64,000 bases of DNA from Candidatus Moanibacter sp. (GCA_965215885.1 CBDCEW010000088.1:35853-99852), one strand, 5' to 3'. Shown: positions 1 to 11,295, counted from the first letter of the stretch. Numbers and translations: made by a program. Notes: generated by a model not told the origin, from the letters alone.

Positions 1-1
1 A

Positions 2-1435
2 GGGGAAGATTTCTTCCAAGAATCACGACTTGGACAACCCCTTGTAAATGAAGTCGTTATCGGGCTACCCGACAAGGACTCCTTCAATGCCAGTGAGCCT
101 AAGGACGATGGGCAGTTCGCCGATTACGTGACGCATCCAACCCTTCCTGCGATTATTGAAATTCTGTATGGGGCGGCTGGGGTGCGTGCGCCGACTCTAT
201 TTCCGAGGCAGGATCTGGTGGATGTCTTCCTGACCGGTCTGGCCGGCCTCAACGCTGACGGAGGTGTCGCCGAGTTACTCCGGTTAAATATGGATACACC
301 GCCGGTAGCGGCGTCGGCTCAGAATAATATGGGAGTAATCGCAGGTGATAGTGCAGGTTTTCCCAATGGCCGCCGGCCTGGGGATGATGTCGTGGACATC
401 GCGCTACGGGTGGTAATGGGTGTTCTTCTTTCGGAGGATGATGCACCCTCCGGACAGCTCCTGTTCACGGATGGAGCCTGGATCAACGCCTCCATGTATG
501 CCGACGAATTTCCATACTTGAACACGCCATTGGCGGGATCTCCGAATCCGGTGCCGGATGGCGGAGGATCAAACCTGCGCGTGGACGGAGACGCTTTCTT
601 TGTCAACGATGGGACCACTTTCCAGGGAAATACCTACAATGGATTTGAGTTGAGTGGAAGCCAGGCTTCGTTCTCGTCTGTTGGGGGCGAAATTACCCGC
701 GTCTCATACCTTGATCCGGATGGGGATCTCATTTTTGTGGAATTCGGAAGTGAAGATCCAGGAACGACGCTGACGGTTAACCTTGCCAACGCACAGGAAG
801 ATGTGGCGTCGCCATATAACCAGCCCGACGTAACCTATACCCAAGGTTTGGCCTCATTTACAATCAACAATCCAACCGACCTGACATTCTTCTCAATATT
901 CTCCCTGGGTAATGATTCCGATCGGGTGGATCTCACGCTGATTAATGATGACACATTCACGGGAAACGTGGATGGCATAGCGGATGTAAAGCTGCTATCG
1001 GTACTGGGTGATGAAGGCGGCAGTAGTGAAATTGCTGGAATTAATGCCGCAAATGCAAACTTCATAGACTCATCCGGGATAATAGGCATCGACGCGGAAG
1101 ATGTCGCGGTGACCGACTTCCTTTTCATAGGTGATCTTACCCGCTCGGACGACGCCCGACCCCGGATTCGTGTGAGCGCGGACTCAACCATCGATGAGAT
1201 TCGCATTTCCGGGGGCGATTTGGCGGAGGCGAGAGGAAGCCGCCAAATCGATACGAACGGTGTCGTCTATGCGTGCCCGTTTAATGCTGCTGATGGGCAG
1301 CGCTCGATTAGCGATAGGCCACTTCGAGAAGATCTGGGGGATGGCGCTTTGCGCGCGGTGACCGACACATTCGCCGAAGGGGTGAATTTCTTCTTCATAA
1401 CCAACGGTCAAACAGGAGGGGTTTCCGATGATTAG
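2..1435 (+). CDS. DUF4331-family protein (5' partial) with extra ~290-aa C-terminal domain
   Basis: Frame open from base 2 (GEDFFQESRLGQPLVNEVVIG...), FPNGRRPGDDVVDI motif, close paralogue of the next gene; C-terminal extension after a PNPVPDGGG linker. Confidence 0.85.
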   Translation, partial: GEDFFQESRLGQPLVNEVVIGLPDKDSFNASEPKDDGQFADYVTHPTLPAIIEILYGAAGVRAPTLFPRQDLVDVFLTGLAGLNADGGVAELLRLNMDTPPVAASAQNNMGVIAGDSAGFPNGRRPGDDVVDIALRVVMGVLLSEDDAPSGQLLFTDGAWINASMYADEFPYLNTPLAGSPNPVPDGGGSNLRVDGDAFFVNDGTTFQGNTYNGFELSGSQASFSSVGGEITRVSYLDPDGDLIFVEFGSEDPGTTLTVNLANAQEDVASPYNQPDVTYTQGLASFTINNPTDLTFFSIFSLGNDSDRVDLTLINDDTFTGNVDGIADVKLLSVLGDEGGSSEIAGINAANANFIDSSGIIGIDAEDVAVTDFLFIGDLTRSDDARPRIRVSADSTIDEIRISGGDLAEARGSRQIDTNGVVYACPFNAADGQRSISDRPLREDLGDGALRAVTDTFAEGVNFFFITNGQTGGVSDD

Positions 1436-1511
1436 GTCAGAAATGGTAATGAGAAACTATTCAGGAATGAAGCCGAATTTGAAAATGAACACATCAGGAT
1501 CGATTAGAAAC

Positions 1512-2921
1512 ATGAAAATTAGAATCCTTCTTCAGACATTGCTCGCCGGTACGCTAATTCATACGCTGGCCGTGACTGGATCGAAGCTAAATGCATCCAG
1601 TCATCGTGAAGCTCCGCTAATCACGAAGTCTCCCAAGGTCGATGGTACCGACTTCTACATGTTCAGCAGCTATGAGACGGGACGGGAGAATTTCGTTACT
1701 CTCATCGCAAACTACATTCCGCTGCAGGATCCGGGTGGAGGCCCGAATTACTTCACCCTCGCTTCTGATGCCGCCTATGAGATCCATATCGATAATGACG
1801 GCGATGCGATCGAGGATATGACATTCCAGTTTCAGGCTACGAATACGAATCGCAACATCTCCCTTGAAATCGGTGCTCCGGGTGAGACGAAAATGATGCC
1901 GGTCCCGGTGATCAACGTAGGAGCGATTACGGCGTCGGACAATGCTTCCCTCAATGTCGATGAAACCTATACGCTCAATATCATCCGAGGTCCCCGTCGC
2001 ACGGGCACGGTGGAGAGTGTGACTAACGCCGCGGATGGGTCGAGTGTCTTCACGAAACCGGTTGATAATGTTGGAAACAAATCGCTGCCCGACTACGAAT
2101 CCTACGCAGATTCCTATATGTATTCCGTCAATATTCCGGGATGTTCCGAAGTGGGTAGGGTATTTGTCGGCCAGCGGAAAGACCCTTTTGTTGTCAACCT
2201 CGGTGAGACGTTTGACTTGATTAACTACAGCGATCCGCTCGGCGACGTTGATCGCGGGCAGGACACTCTGGCAGGAAAGAACGTGACATCATTTATTCTC
2301 GAGGTAGCCAACGCTTGTCTTGTTTCACAGAATTCGATCATTGCGGGTTGGACGACTGCCAGCCGAATCGAGGATGGAGCGTTCACGCAGGTTTCGCGCC
2401 TCGGACAGCCCCTGGTCAATGAGGTTGTAATCGGAGTTCCCGATAAGGACGCCTTCAACGGCAGCGAGCCGATGGATGATGGACAGTTTGCCAATTACGT
2501 CACCAATCCCACACTCTCGGCTATCATCGAGATATTGTTTTCGGGGGCCGGTGTTCAGGCGCCGACATCGTTACCACGCAATGATCTCGTCGAGGTCTTC
2601 CTTACCGGATTGACCGATTTGAACGCGGACGGAAGTGTTGCTGAAGTGCTTCGTCTGAATACCGATACCGCGCCCGCAGCGGCCTCCTCCCAGAATAATA
2701 TGGGAGTGATCGGCGGTGATGTCGCCGGATTTCCGAACGGGCGTCGTCCGGGAGATGACGTCGTCGACATTGCGCTCCGAGTAGTGATGGGGGTCCTGCT
2801 CTCGGCCGAAGACGCCCCCTCGGGTCAACTGCCTTTTACAGATGGCGCTTTCGTCAATGCGGATATGTTTGGGGAGACATTTCCCTATCTCAATTCTCCA
2901 TTGCCCGGTTCGCCGCAGTGA
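1512..2921 (+). CDS. DUF4331-family secreted protein
   Basis: Signal peptide then ASSHREAP, GQRKDPF, SRLGQPLVNE and GFPNGRRPGDDV motifs; start chosen at MKIRIL. Confidence 0.9.
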   Translation: MKIRILLQTLLAGTLIHTLAVTGSKLNASSHREAPLITKSPKVDGTDFYMFSSYETGRENFVTLIANYIPLQDPGGGPNYFTLASDAAYEIHIDNDGDAIEDMTFQFQATNTNRNISLEIGAPGETKMMPVPVINVGAITASDNASLNVDETYTLNIIRGPRRTGTVESVTNAADGSSVFTKPVDNVGNKSLPDYESYADSYMYSVNIPGCSEVGRVFVGQRKDPFVVNLGETFDLINYSDPLGDVDRGQDTLAGKNVTSFILEVANACLVSQNSIIAGWTTASRIEDGAFTQVSRLGQPLVNEVVIGVPDKDAFNGSEPMDDGQFANYVTNPTLSAIIEILFSGAGVQAPTSLPRNDLVEVFLTGLTDLNADGSVAEVLRLNTDTAPAAASSQNNMGVIGGDVAGFPNGRRPGDDVVDIALRVVMGVLLSAEDAPSGQLPFTDGAFVNADMFGETFPYLNSPLPGSPQ

Positions 2922-3148
2922 AGGAGAGTGATTACCTACAGACACTGGAACAGAGTAGAGCGGCGAATAGGAAAGGGCGGATGCAATCAGCTCTTACTAT
3001 TCGCCGCGTCTCTTGGTAATCCAGTAAGTAAGAACGACCAGGTAAGCCGAGACATTCCGGCATCCTTCCCTGGAGGACGAACCCACCACGCCCCTCCTTC
3101 TTCTCAAGGCTTCGCCGATAGTTACCGGGCACTTTCCCAGGAGTGCCA

Positions 3149-3237
3149 ACCCACCCCTGGCCCCTCCCAGGAGGGGATCTTTTCACTTCGGAACTCTTTG
3201 TTCAGGTTCCCCTCCTGTGGAGGGGTCAGGGGTGGGT
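3149..3237. repeat. Inverted pair of GC-rich REP-like palindromes
   Basis: ACCCACCCCTGGCCCCTCCCAGGAGGGGA (3149-3177) and its near reverse complement (3208-3237). Confidence 0.7.
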
Positions 3238-4264
3238 CCTTAACAGGCCAGTTTTCGCATTCAAGCAGGGTTAAACACTCGCGAGTGAACTCGCTATGCC
3301 CTACGGCAGAGAGATTACTGATTAGAATCTCCTCTATTCTGCCCGGCCTGCTTATCATCCTTTTTCCTGGAGATTTATTGAGTGAACCTTATCTCCCGGC
3401 GGATGACAGTGTGGTTTTGGAGCAGCTCTCCGGTGCCAGTAAATCTTCTGGCGAAGCCGGTGTGTTGAAAGAATTGCGGGCTCGTTTGCGGGAGAACCCC
3501 GAGCATCTCGGCTGGGCTTCCGAGTTGGCTCAGCTCTACATAATCAAGGGCCGTCGTGATTCCGATCCACGGTATTTGGGGTTCGCCCAGGCGGCGCTGC
3601 TCCCATGGTGGGAATTGCCGAATCCTCCCGTTCCAATCCTCGTGTTGCGCGCCACCATCCGGCAGAGCGATCACCGATTCGAGAGCGCTCTAGCCGATCT
3701 CTCGCTGGCCCTCAAGCACGAGCCCGATAATGTGCAGGCGCTTTTGACAAGAGCGACAATTCTACAGGTACAAGGAAATTACCGTGAAGCCAGGAATGCT
3801 TGTCTGCCCCTTTTCCGGGTCGCGAATCAGCTGGTTGCAGTGACTTGTGCGAGTAGTATTGGCAGTCTGATCGGCGAAGCCGAAAAATGCTATGATTTGC
3901 TGAATCGCACTCTATCAGGTTTTGGGAATGCCTCTGTCGAGGAGAGAGTGTGGGCGCTGACTCTCCTGGCGGAAATAGCGGCTCGACTCGGTCGGTCAGA
4001 AGAGGCAGAAGAGCATTTCCACGACGCGCTCGCCCTTAACCATCGCGACAGCTACCTGTTTGGCGCATACGCGGACTTTCTTCTCGACGAAGGGCGATCG
4101 ACTGAAGTGTTGAGTCTCCTGCGAAACGAAATTCGCGCGGATGGTCTATTTCTGAGATATACCCTCGCGGAAGAAAATGTTGAATCCGAAGAGGAATTAA
4201 TCACGCGGGATATCGAATCGCTGGGTGCCCGCTTCGAGGCAAGTCGTCATCGAGGATCCAATTT

Positions 4265-6640
4265 CAGAACTCGCTATCATGCGGGTTGGCGGGCAGGGGG
4301 CAATCGCAGATACAATTCCCGGCTTTTAAGAGCTAAAGAAAACGGTAGGCTTCATCTTCGAACCATCAAATTCGAAGAAAAATGGAGAAACCTACCGTCA
4401 AAGAAGAGACCTTCTTACAGTGCATCCTTGGAGTGGACAAGGGTAATCCCTCGATCACGGTCTATCGGGATCTGAGGAAAGGCAAACTGCACGTCTATTA
4501 CGGGCATGAGCTTTTTGAAGTCGTAGAGGACGATCGGGAGCAAGTTGAATTCAAGCTATTGGAGGGGCGCCTCTACAATGCGGGGGTTGAAGAAAGGGCG
4601 CTTAGAGAAGCAATTTGAGGTTGACCCCAAAACGATGAAGCGGTGGGGGGAGGCGCTTCAAAGCGGAGATGCCGAGACCTTAGCGCGAGTGCTGGCGGGA
4701 CGCAGCGCTCATCGCAAATTGACGAGGGAAATCCGGAGTTTTGTGCGGGTGCGCTTCGGGCAGATCTATGGGGAGAGTCGGTATGGCTACAGCAAGAAGA
4801 TACGGGGGGAGATCGAGGAGGTGTTCGGAGTTAACCTCAGTGGGGAAACTTTGCGCCCTGTCTTTAAGGAGCTTAAAGAGGCCCGGGCAAAGGAGGCCGA
4901 AGCCGAGAGGGCGCAAAATCGGGGAGACTCCCTGGGATTGCCCGGAGGACTCGGGGAGGGACGAACAGGAGCAAGAAGCAGAAAATAGCCCCGAAAGCGA
5001 AGGGGACAATCGCAAGGGGTCTCCCGATTTTTCGAGGGAGAGATCCGAAGCGGTGCAATGGTATCGGCACCTGGGAGTACTTCTGTTCAGTGCCGCGCTC
5101 AGAGAAGTCGCTCAGATTGATCGCGAAGAGGGCTGGCTTTTGAAACAATGGGTGGCTTGCGGGTTGTTGGCCGCGGTCAATATCGAGCAGAGCAAACTGC
5201 TCGATCTCGAAGACCTGCAAAAACTCATCGGGCGAGTCCTGTATACCCCCTATCTGCAACGCCAAAGCCTTAGCGCCCTGGCCGATGAAGGGCTTTTAAG
5301 AGAGATCCTCAGAGTGAACGCGAGGGGCCTGAATGCTTCGGATGAAGAGAGCTTTTATTATGATCCGCACACCAAACATTACACCGGAATGAGCAAGGTG
5401 CTGGCGGGATGGTGTCCGGGTATCCGTCTGGCCGACAAAGCGCTCCACAGCGATTTTATTCATACCCTCAAGGGCTATCCGGTCTATTTTGCGAGTACTG
5501 ACAACTATGAGGATATAAGGGAACGGTTTATCCCCAACTGCGAAGCGATGCTCGAGCTGGTGCAGTTGCCGGCTGATAAGAAGGTGAGCATTTACGTGGA
5601 CCGGGCGATCGCCGCGGAGTGGTTTTACGAAGCCATCGTGGAGCATCCTCAACTCGAAATCATTACCTGGGAAAAAGGTTACAAGGCCAGCGCCCAGCCC
5701 CTCCAACGGATCGACGGGCAGTTGCGCCTGCAGCGCGCGCGCAACCATGCCGAAGATCTCCAGGAGTATCATCTTCGCTATCAGCGGGGCCCCTGGAAGA
5801 AAAATCCTCAACTGGTGCAGTGGATCGTGGAGGCGACCAATCCAAAAAATCGAACCATTACCGTGAGCATCATGGCGACCGATCAGCAGGCCCGAAATGA
5901 AGAGGTAATCAAAGGGATGTTCAGTCGCTGGATTCAGGAGAATGACTTCAAATACCTCGATAAGCACTTTGGGATTAATCAGATCACCTCTTATCGCACC
6001 GTCCACTACAAGCGATTAGCCCAACACCTTGAGGACAAGCAGGAGAAAAGCGGTGCCGCCAAAGCCCTCCTGAAGCAAAAACAGCAATGCACCGAAGAAT
6101 TGAAAAGACTGCTCCTGGCCGAGCATGCCCACCCGGGCAAAAGCGCCTCAAGGGGCGAAAAGATCCGTCGACTCGATCAGGCCCTCAAAGCCCTCCAACT
6201 CGAACTGGAGCAAATCGACACCGAATGCTCGAGGCTGCAGCGCCTCATTGATGAAAACTATGTCCGCCTGGACACCGCTAACAAGTCCCTCATGGATGCC
6301 TTGAAAATCTTCGCCCGTAACAGCTTCTACAAGCAGCTCGAACCCTTTAAAGCTCGCTACAACAACTATCGTGACGACCACGATCTGTTTCGCAATTTGA
6401 CTCACTGTGACGGCGTTCTTATAGAGAGGGGCTGTGCGGTCGAAGCGCATTTATTCCCCACCGCAACTTATCCCCCTCGGGTGCAGGCGGTGGTGCTTGA
6501 GTATCTGCAAACTCTCAATCAGAAGCCCTTACTGATGCCCGACGGTTCAGGCCGAAGAATCATCTTCCGACTGGGCAAAAAATCGGGATTTAAACTTGCG
6601 ATTGCATAGTGCCTTTAGAGGGGCAATATAGTGAGGTCTG
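4265..6640 (+). mobile_element. Insertion sequence, 2376 bp, unclassified DDE-type
   Basis: Imperfect 13-bp TIR CAGAACTCGCTAT / ATAGTGAGGTCTG (11/13), 5-bp TSD AATTT at 4260-4264 and 6641-6645. Confidence 0.9.
4382..6609 (+). CDS. Transposase (N-terminal HTH-like region plus DDE-like domain) with two apparent +1 frameshifts
   Basis: ORFs 4382-4618, 4545-4988 and 4741-6609 join by deleting one A (~4612) and one G (G4 at 4921-4924); YYDPH, YVDRA and RWIQENDFKY motifs. Confidence 0.75.
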
Positions 6641-6885
6641 AATTTACACGGACGTTCGGAGGCCCGTTACCGGCTGCATCTGCGGAACGATCCTGGTGGG
6701 GCCCTCGAAATAGCCGTGCGCAACTGGCGAATTCAAAAGGAGCCACAGGACGCGCGCATTCTCCTGGAGTCGGCGCTGGCAGCCGGTGACATTGATGCCG
6801 CTGATCCCGTGGTGCGTTGGATTTCCGCCAATCGGTGGGAGGATGTCCGGTTGGAGAATCTAGTGAAAGAGCTCGAAAGTAAACT

Positions 6886-8013
6886 GTGAAGAAGACTTCT
6901 CTGGTAATATGCCTTTTCTTCGGCTTGGCATACGCGGAGATTGGAGCACACAAGTTGAGCGATAGCTATCTCAACATCAAGGTAGAGGAGGACGTTATTT
7001 CAGGGCAGTGGGACCTGGCGCTACGGGATTTGGAGTACTCAATCGGTCTGGACGCCAATGGAGACAGTGAAATCACCTGGGGTGAATTGCGCGCCAGCCA
7101 TCGGGTACTGGAAGATTATTTGCTTTCCAGAATCGTTTTGAGTTTCGACGACGAGGGGTGCGCACTTAGAGTCACTGAACACCTGGTTGACTACCATACG
7201 GATGGCGCTTACGCGGTGGTTAGATTTGAAGGGACGGCGCCCCCGCATTCGAAAACTCTTGAAGTGGGATATGGCTTCCTATTCGACCTCGATCCCCTGC
7301 ATCGCGGTCTGGCAAAGATCGAATATGGAGGTTTGGTTCGGACAGCCATATTCAGTCCTGCTGAAACAACACAGCAGTATGCATTTGGGCATATATCTCG
7401 TTGGCAGCAGTTCCTCGCCTTTGCGAAGGAGGGGATTCACCACATTATGATCGGATTTGATCATGTTCTTTTTCTGATCGCGCTCCTCCTGCCGGCAGTG
7501 TTGTATAGAGAAGAGGGAAAGTGGGTGGCGGTAACAAGGTGTGCCCCGGCGCTTATCAGCTTGGCAAAAATCGTTACAGCGTTTACTATAGCGCACTCCA
7601 TCACTCTTACTTTGGCGGTTCTCGAAGTAGTCAGTTTACCCGCGCGTTTCGTTGAGTCAGTCGTCGCTGCTTCCGTCCTTCTCGCCGCCCTCAATAATCT
7701 GCGTCCAGTGGTAAGAGAGGGAACTTGGGTAGTGGCGTTTGTCTTCGGACTCATTCACGGTTTCGGATTCGCAAGTGTCCTCGCTGATATCGGGTTGATT
7801 TCGAAAAATCTCGTTCTATCCCTGGTGGGATTTAACTGCGGGGTCGAACTTGGGCAATTAGCGATTGTAGGTCTGTTTATACCGGCAGCTTTTCTGTCCC
7901 GAAAATCCGGAATCTACCAGAAATCTGCCCTAATGGGCGGATCCGCATTCATCGCCGCGATTTCGATGATCTGGATGGCGGAGAGGATTCTTGGAATTAC
8001 GGTGATAACGTGA
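6886..8013 (+). CDS. HupE/UreJ-family membrane protein
   Basis: Signal ending AH, HIMIGFDHVLF, TAFTIAHSITL, FGLIHGFGFA, FNCGVELGQ. Confidence 0.9.
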   Translation: MKKTSLVICLFFGLAYAEIGAHKLSDSYLNIKVEEDVISGQWDLALRDLEYSIGLDANGDSEITWGELRASHRVLEDYLLSRIVLSFDDEGCALRVTEHLVDYHTDGAYAVVRFEGTAPPHSKTLEVGYGFLFDLDPLHRGLAKIEYGGLVRTAIFSPAETTQQYAFGHISRWQQFLAFAKEGIHHIMIGFDHVLFLIALLLPAVLYREEGKWVAVTRCAPALISLAKIVTAFTIAHSITLTLAVLEVVSLPARFVESVVAASVLLAALNNLRPVVREGTWVVAFVFGLIHGFGFASVLADIGLISKNLVLSLVGFNCGVELGQLAIVGLFIPAAFLSRKSGIYQKSALMGGSAFIAAISMIWMAERILGITVIT

Positions 8014-8392
8014 AATTGCTCTACGCTCGCAGCCAAACTGGAAGGCGCTTCAACGCTGAAGAAAATTGAACAGAAGCAAACCCCTTCGACGGGCTCAGGG
8101 CAGGAGAGAGAAACGGAGAGGAAGAGGGGAGATTTCTCACGCAAAGCCGCAAAGACGCAAAGGGGAGAGAGGAAACCCCTGCACGGACTCCGCAGTTCCA
8201 TGGATGGGCACGGATGAGGGAATGACCCCACGGATTCGAGGGCAACTCGGATCTGCTGTACCGCAGACTCTGCGAGATTGGGGGCAAAGGGATCGAGTCT
8301 ACTGAAGAGAATCCAAGGAGAATGTGTGAGAGTGGTCCTTTCGTTTTAAGCTCAGCGAGGCGCAATGGAATCAGCTCGAATACCCGTTTGGG

Positions 8393-8471
8393 TTGTAGGA
8401 CTGCGATCGCGCGGGATGATCCTGGAGCGACTTATCCGCTTGGCTCATCCCGCGCGAGCGCGGTCCTACAA
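8393..8471. repeat. REPIN-like inverted pair of GTAG-type REPs
   Basis: TTGTAGGACTGCGATCGCGCGGGATGA ... TCATCCCGCGCGAGCGCGGTCCTACAA. Confidence 0.7.
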
Positions 8472-8547
8472 TCTGGCGGCCATCAATGCCGCTAAACGTC
8501 TCCGATGAGGATTGGGTGGATAACCGCTGGACAGGTCCGATAGGCTC

Positions 8548-9258
8548 TTAGTCGCTCTCGGGATAACGACGTTGAGCCTCTTCGCGGCAGGCCTGCATCG
8601 TTTTCAACCAGACCTCACGTAAGTCGAAGAGATATCGGGCACATTCATCGACGCGATCGTTGCTGTTTCGATGTCTGTTCGCGGGTAGCCTTTGGAGTGT
8701 ATCGAGAGAATGATTCACAGCGCTGAGGGCAGACTTGAAATGGCAGATTGCGAGTGCGTAATCGCCCATATCGAGTGCCTGAATGGCGAGTATTGCGTTG
8801 CATTCACCATCACGGAGTTGCCTGGTGAAGTCCCAGACCGTTTTGCGGGAGATGGATCTTTCACACTGTTCCATTCTCTGCTCCCATTTTGTGATGAGCG
8901 AGTTGTACAATCCTCGTGTAACCACAAAGAGGGGATGCCGGTGAATCGTATAAGGATCCGAATCATCGTCCACATCCTCTTCTTCGCGCAAGTAGAACCC
9001 CGCATCAAATCCGTAATCAATCAGATCTACTGGACAGTCGTCGAGATCCAGCCAATTGTCTCCCTCCCAACCCATGAGTTGGGCGACCTTGTCGAGACGG
9101 TATTCTGCATCCCCTATCTTTTCAATATAGGCGCAGAAGCGATCAACTTCCGCCTCGTAACGATTGAGGAACTGGCGCCATTCCTTCTCGGACCAGGTAA
9201 CTTCTCCCCGTCCCTCACTGTCACCGTCGAATCCACTCTCATGTTCGTAGTCACTCAT
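8548..9258 (-). CDS. Hypothetical protein, acidic and helical
   Basis: 236-aa ORF with protein-like composition; no family recognised. Confidence 0.7.
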   Translation of the reverse strand: MSDYEHESGFDGDSEGRGEVTWSEKEWRQFLNRYEAEVDRFCAYIEKIGDAEYRLDKVAQLMGWEGDNWLDLDDCPVDLIDYGFDAGFYLREEEDVDDDSDPYTIHRHPLFVVTRGLYNSLITKWEQRMEQCERSISRKTVWDFTRQLRDGECNAILAIQALDMGDYALAICHFKSALSAVNHSLDTLQRLPANRHRNSNDRVDECARYLFDLREVWLKTMQACREEAQRRYPESD

Positions 9259-9554
9259 CGACTTTCAAGGATCGCAGAAGACAGACTTGAATTCTGAGAG
9301 AAAAAATCAAACCCTTTTTGACTGAATAGTCGGTCGCGGTTCTCGATCTCCTTGATCTCGAAGTAATCCGCTCTTGCGTTCCGCAATGCTTACTCGCTGT
9401 CGGCTCCACCCCTTAACTACACACCTGCGGATGACTCTCTTTGCGCTGATCGTAAAGAGTCGGCTTGAAAAAGTCCCTCGTGCGTTAGATGGACGCTCGT
9501 GCCTGAAGCTGGTTTTATTGGGGCTGTACGTTTTAGAATCCGCGCTACCCGCAC

Positions 9555-10565
9555 CTACCCGAAGACATCTCTTCGTAATTCCCGCAACACCATCAGTCCT
9601 TCCCAGTCACTCCCTTTCATCGGTCGAGGTCCCGTTCTTCGCTTGCCGCCAAACTGCTCGCGAAACTCTGTGTAAATACCATGCACATACTCACGCGACC
9701 CCAAGACTGCTCCGTCCGTAAAATACCTTACCCGGCACCTCAGAGCTGCCGCTACTGGCAGCTTTCCCCCCTTCTCCATCACTGCTCTCCACTGCTCCTC
9801 CCTCATCATAGCTGATCCCGGCCCTTTCCCGGGCGCTGCCGTCGCTCCCTTGCGGTAGAGCAGCTTGCGATATTCTCTTGCTGCCGTGATCCACCTAATT
9901 TGCCTCTCCTCCGGCCTCCGCAACGCTACGCAGATCCCTCCCCGCGCTCTCGTTGCTCCTCCCATCGCCTCTCCATACCCGCTCCAGCGATAGTCCTTCG
10001 GGTCCTCTACCAGCTTCGCCCGTACCGGGTTCAAGTCAATGTAGGCCGCTACGATCCGCATGGCCGCTTCGCTTCCCTCCACCAAGGTGCTCTTGAAGCG
10101 CTCACTCCACAACGTCCCCACCCTCCCGTGGTTGCGGTTATACCAGATCGAAAAACGCTGCTTCAGGCTCTTCATATACTCCGACACATCGTGCATCCGT
10201 CCCAATAGCTGCCGTCGTATCACTTCCCTCTCCTCGCCTCCTTTTGCCAGCTCCATCTCCATCACCTTTGCCTCGGCCTGCTGATACTTTGTGGGCTTCG
10301 GATACAATACCCGATACCGCCGCATCAACTCCGAATCACTCATTTCTACCCCGTCCCTGTCAGGTACCCCCAACAGCACATGAAAATGTGTACTCATAAT
10401 GCAGTAGGTCAATATCTCCACTCCGCTGAAGTCCGCCACCTGCCACAGCTGCTTTCTTAAAACCTCCCGGGCGAACCCTTCGATCAACCGCTCCTTGTTT
10501 ACTATACGGGTCATGCAGTGATACACCGCCCGTCTTCCTGACACTTTTATCCTTCGCTTTCTCAT
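9555..10565 (-). CDS. REP-associated tyrosine transposase (RAYT, Y1/HUH family)
   Basis: YHCMTR, YCIMSTHFHVLL (HUH), LWSERFKS, YIDLNPVRA, DYRWSGY; start at MRKRR (alternative 10580). Confidence 0.9.
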   Translation of the reverse strand: MRKRRIKVSGRRAVYHCMTRIVNKERLIEGFAREVLRKQLWQVADFSGVEILTYCIMSTHFHVLLGVPDRDGVEMSDSELMRRYRVLYPKPTKYQQAEAKVMEMELAKGGEEREVIRRQLLGRMHDVSEYMKSLKQRFSIWYNRNHGRVGTLWSERFKSTLVEGSEAAMRIVAAYIDLNPVRAKLVEDPKDYRWSGYGEAMGGATRARGGICVALRRPEERQIRWITAAREYRKLLYRKGATAAPGKGPGSAMMREEQWRAVMEKGGKLPVAAALRCRVRYFTDGAVLGSREYVHGIYTEFREQFGGKRRTGPRPMKGSDWEGLMVLRELRRDVFG

Positions 10566-10679
10566 CCCGCCAATATGCATATTTTTCGGGTTATGTCCAG
10601 TATATAAATACCTGTCCCTTATAAGGGAGCCAGAATGGGCTGGCCAAGGGTAAGAAAATGGGCAATCTCTGAGGAGGAA

Positions 10680-10958
10680 ATGGATGAAGCAGTTTTCCAT
10701 ATGGAGGTGCAATTTTCGGGTCGGGTGCAGGGGATAGGATTTCGGTATCATACATTACATATAGCCAAAGAATATGAAGTTTCGGGATATGTGACGAATC
10801 TGGCGGATGGACGTGTAAGGGTGGAGGCGGAGGGATTGGAGGCGGAGGTGAAGGCTTTCAAAAAAGAGATCGAAACGCAGATGGAAGCGTTCATAAGGCA
10901 GGTGGAAATAAAGACGCAAAACAGGCCCCGATCCTTTTCGGGTTTTACGATCCGATAG
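10680..10958 (+). CDS. acyP: Acylphosphatase
   Basis: GRVQGIGFR and GYVTNLADGRV motifs; GAGGAGG RBS before ATG 10680. Confidence 0.92.
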   Translation: MDEAVFHMEVQFSGRVQGIGFRYHTLHIAKEYEVSGYVTNLADGRVRVEAEGLEAEVKAFKKEIETQMEAFIRQVEIKTQNRPRSFSGFTIR

Positions 10959-10984
10959 GAATCCGCCGGGCGTCGAAATTCTAA

Positions 10985-11185
10985 TTGGATGAAGCGCTTT
11001 GGCAGCGTTATTTTCAGATCGTGGTGTTGATGGGAATGGGCGTGTTGACCGCAGCATATCTTTTCTATTCGGATTTGGAACGAAAGGCGAATCTAACTCT
11101 ATTGGCCCGTCCGGTGAGAAGAATAGAGTACGTTATAGGGGAAATTTCCGGGGATCATTCCGTCGTTTTTTCTCGAAGGGCTTGA
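10985..11185 (+). pseudogene. Fragment resembling an ABC-2 type permease
   Basis: LFYSDLERKANLTLLARPVRRIEYVIG resembles the conserved permease loop; only ~66 aa and no partner genes. Confidence 0.4.
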
Positions 11186-11295
11186 CTCGTTGCGGGCTTT
11201 CTTAATTTGGTTGCCGGGGGGGGCACTACGCTGCCCTAAGTGAGATATTCTCGATTTTTCCGCAACGAACAAGATTCATATAGGAGGTCCATAGC

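Larger units (their letters stand above)
3285..6889 (+). pseudogene. TPR-repeat protein of the DUF4331 cluster, interrupted by an IS
   Basis: 5' part 3285-4264 and 3' part 6646-6889 rejoin in frame (..RHRGSN-LHGRSEARYRLHLRNDPGGALEIAVRNW..KEPQDARILLE..SKL*) once the IS and one TSD are removed; start codon approximate. Confidence 0.85.

Noticed and set aside
2928..3284. N-terminal 119 aa of the 515-aa ORF
   Set aside because: Runs through a REP-like inverted pair; protein-like sequence starts near 3285, and the C-terminal ~70 aa are IS read-through.
10581..10751. Extended RAYT N-terminus
   Set aside because: Overlaps acyP on the opposite strand; conserved motifs start after MRKRR.
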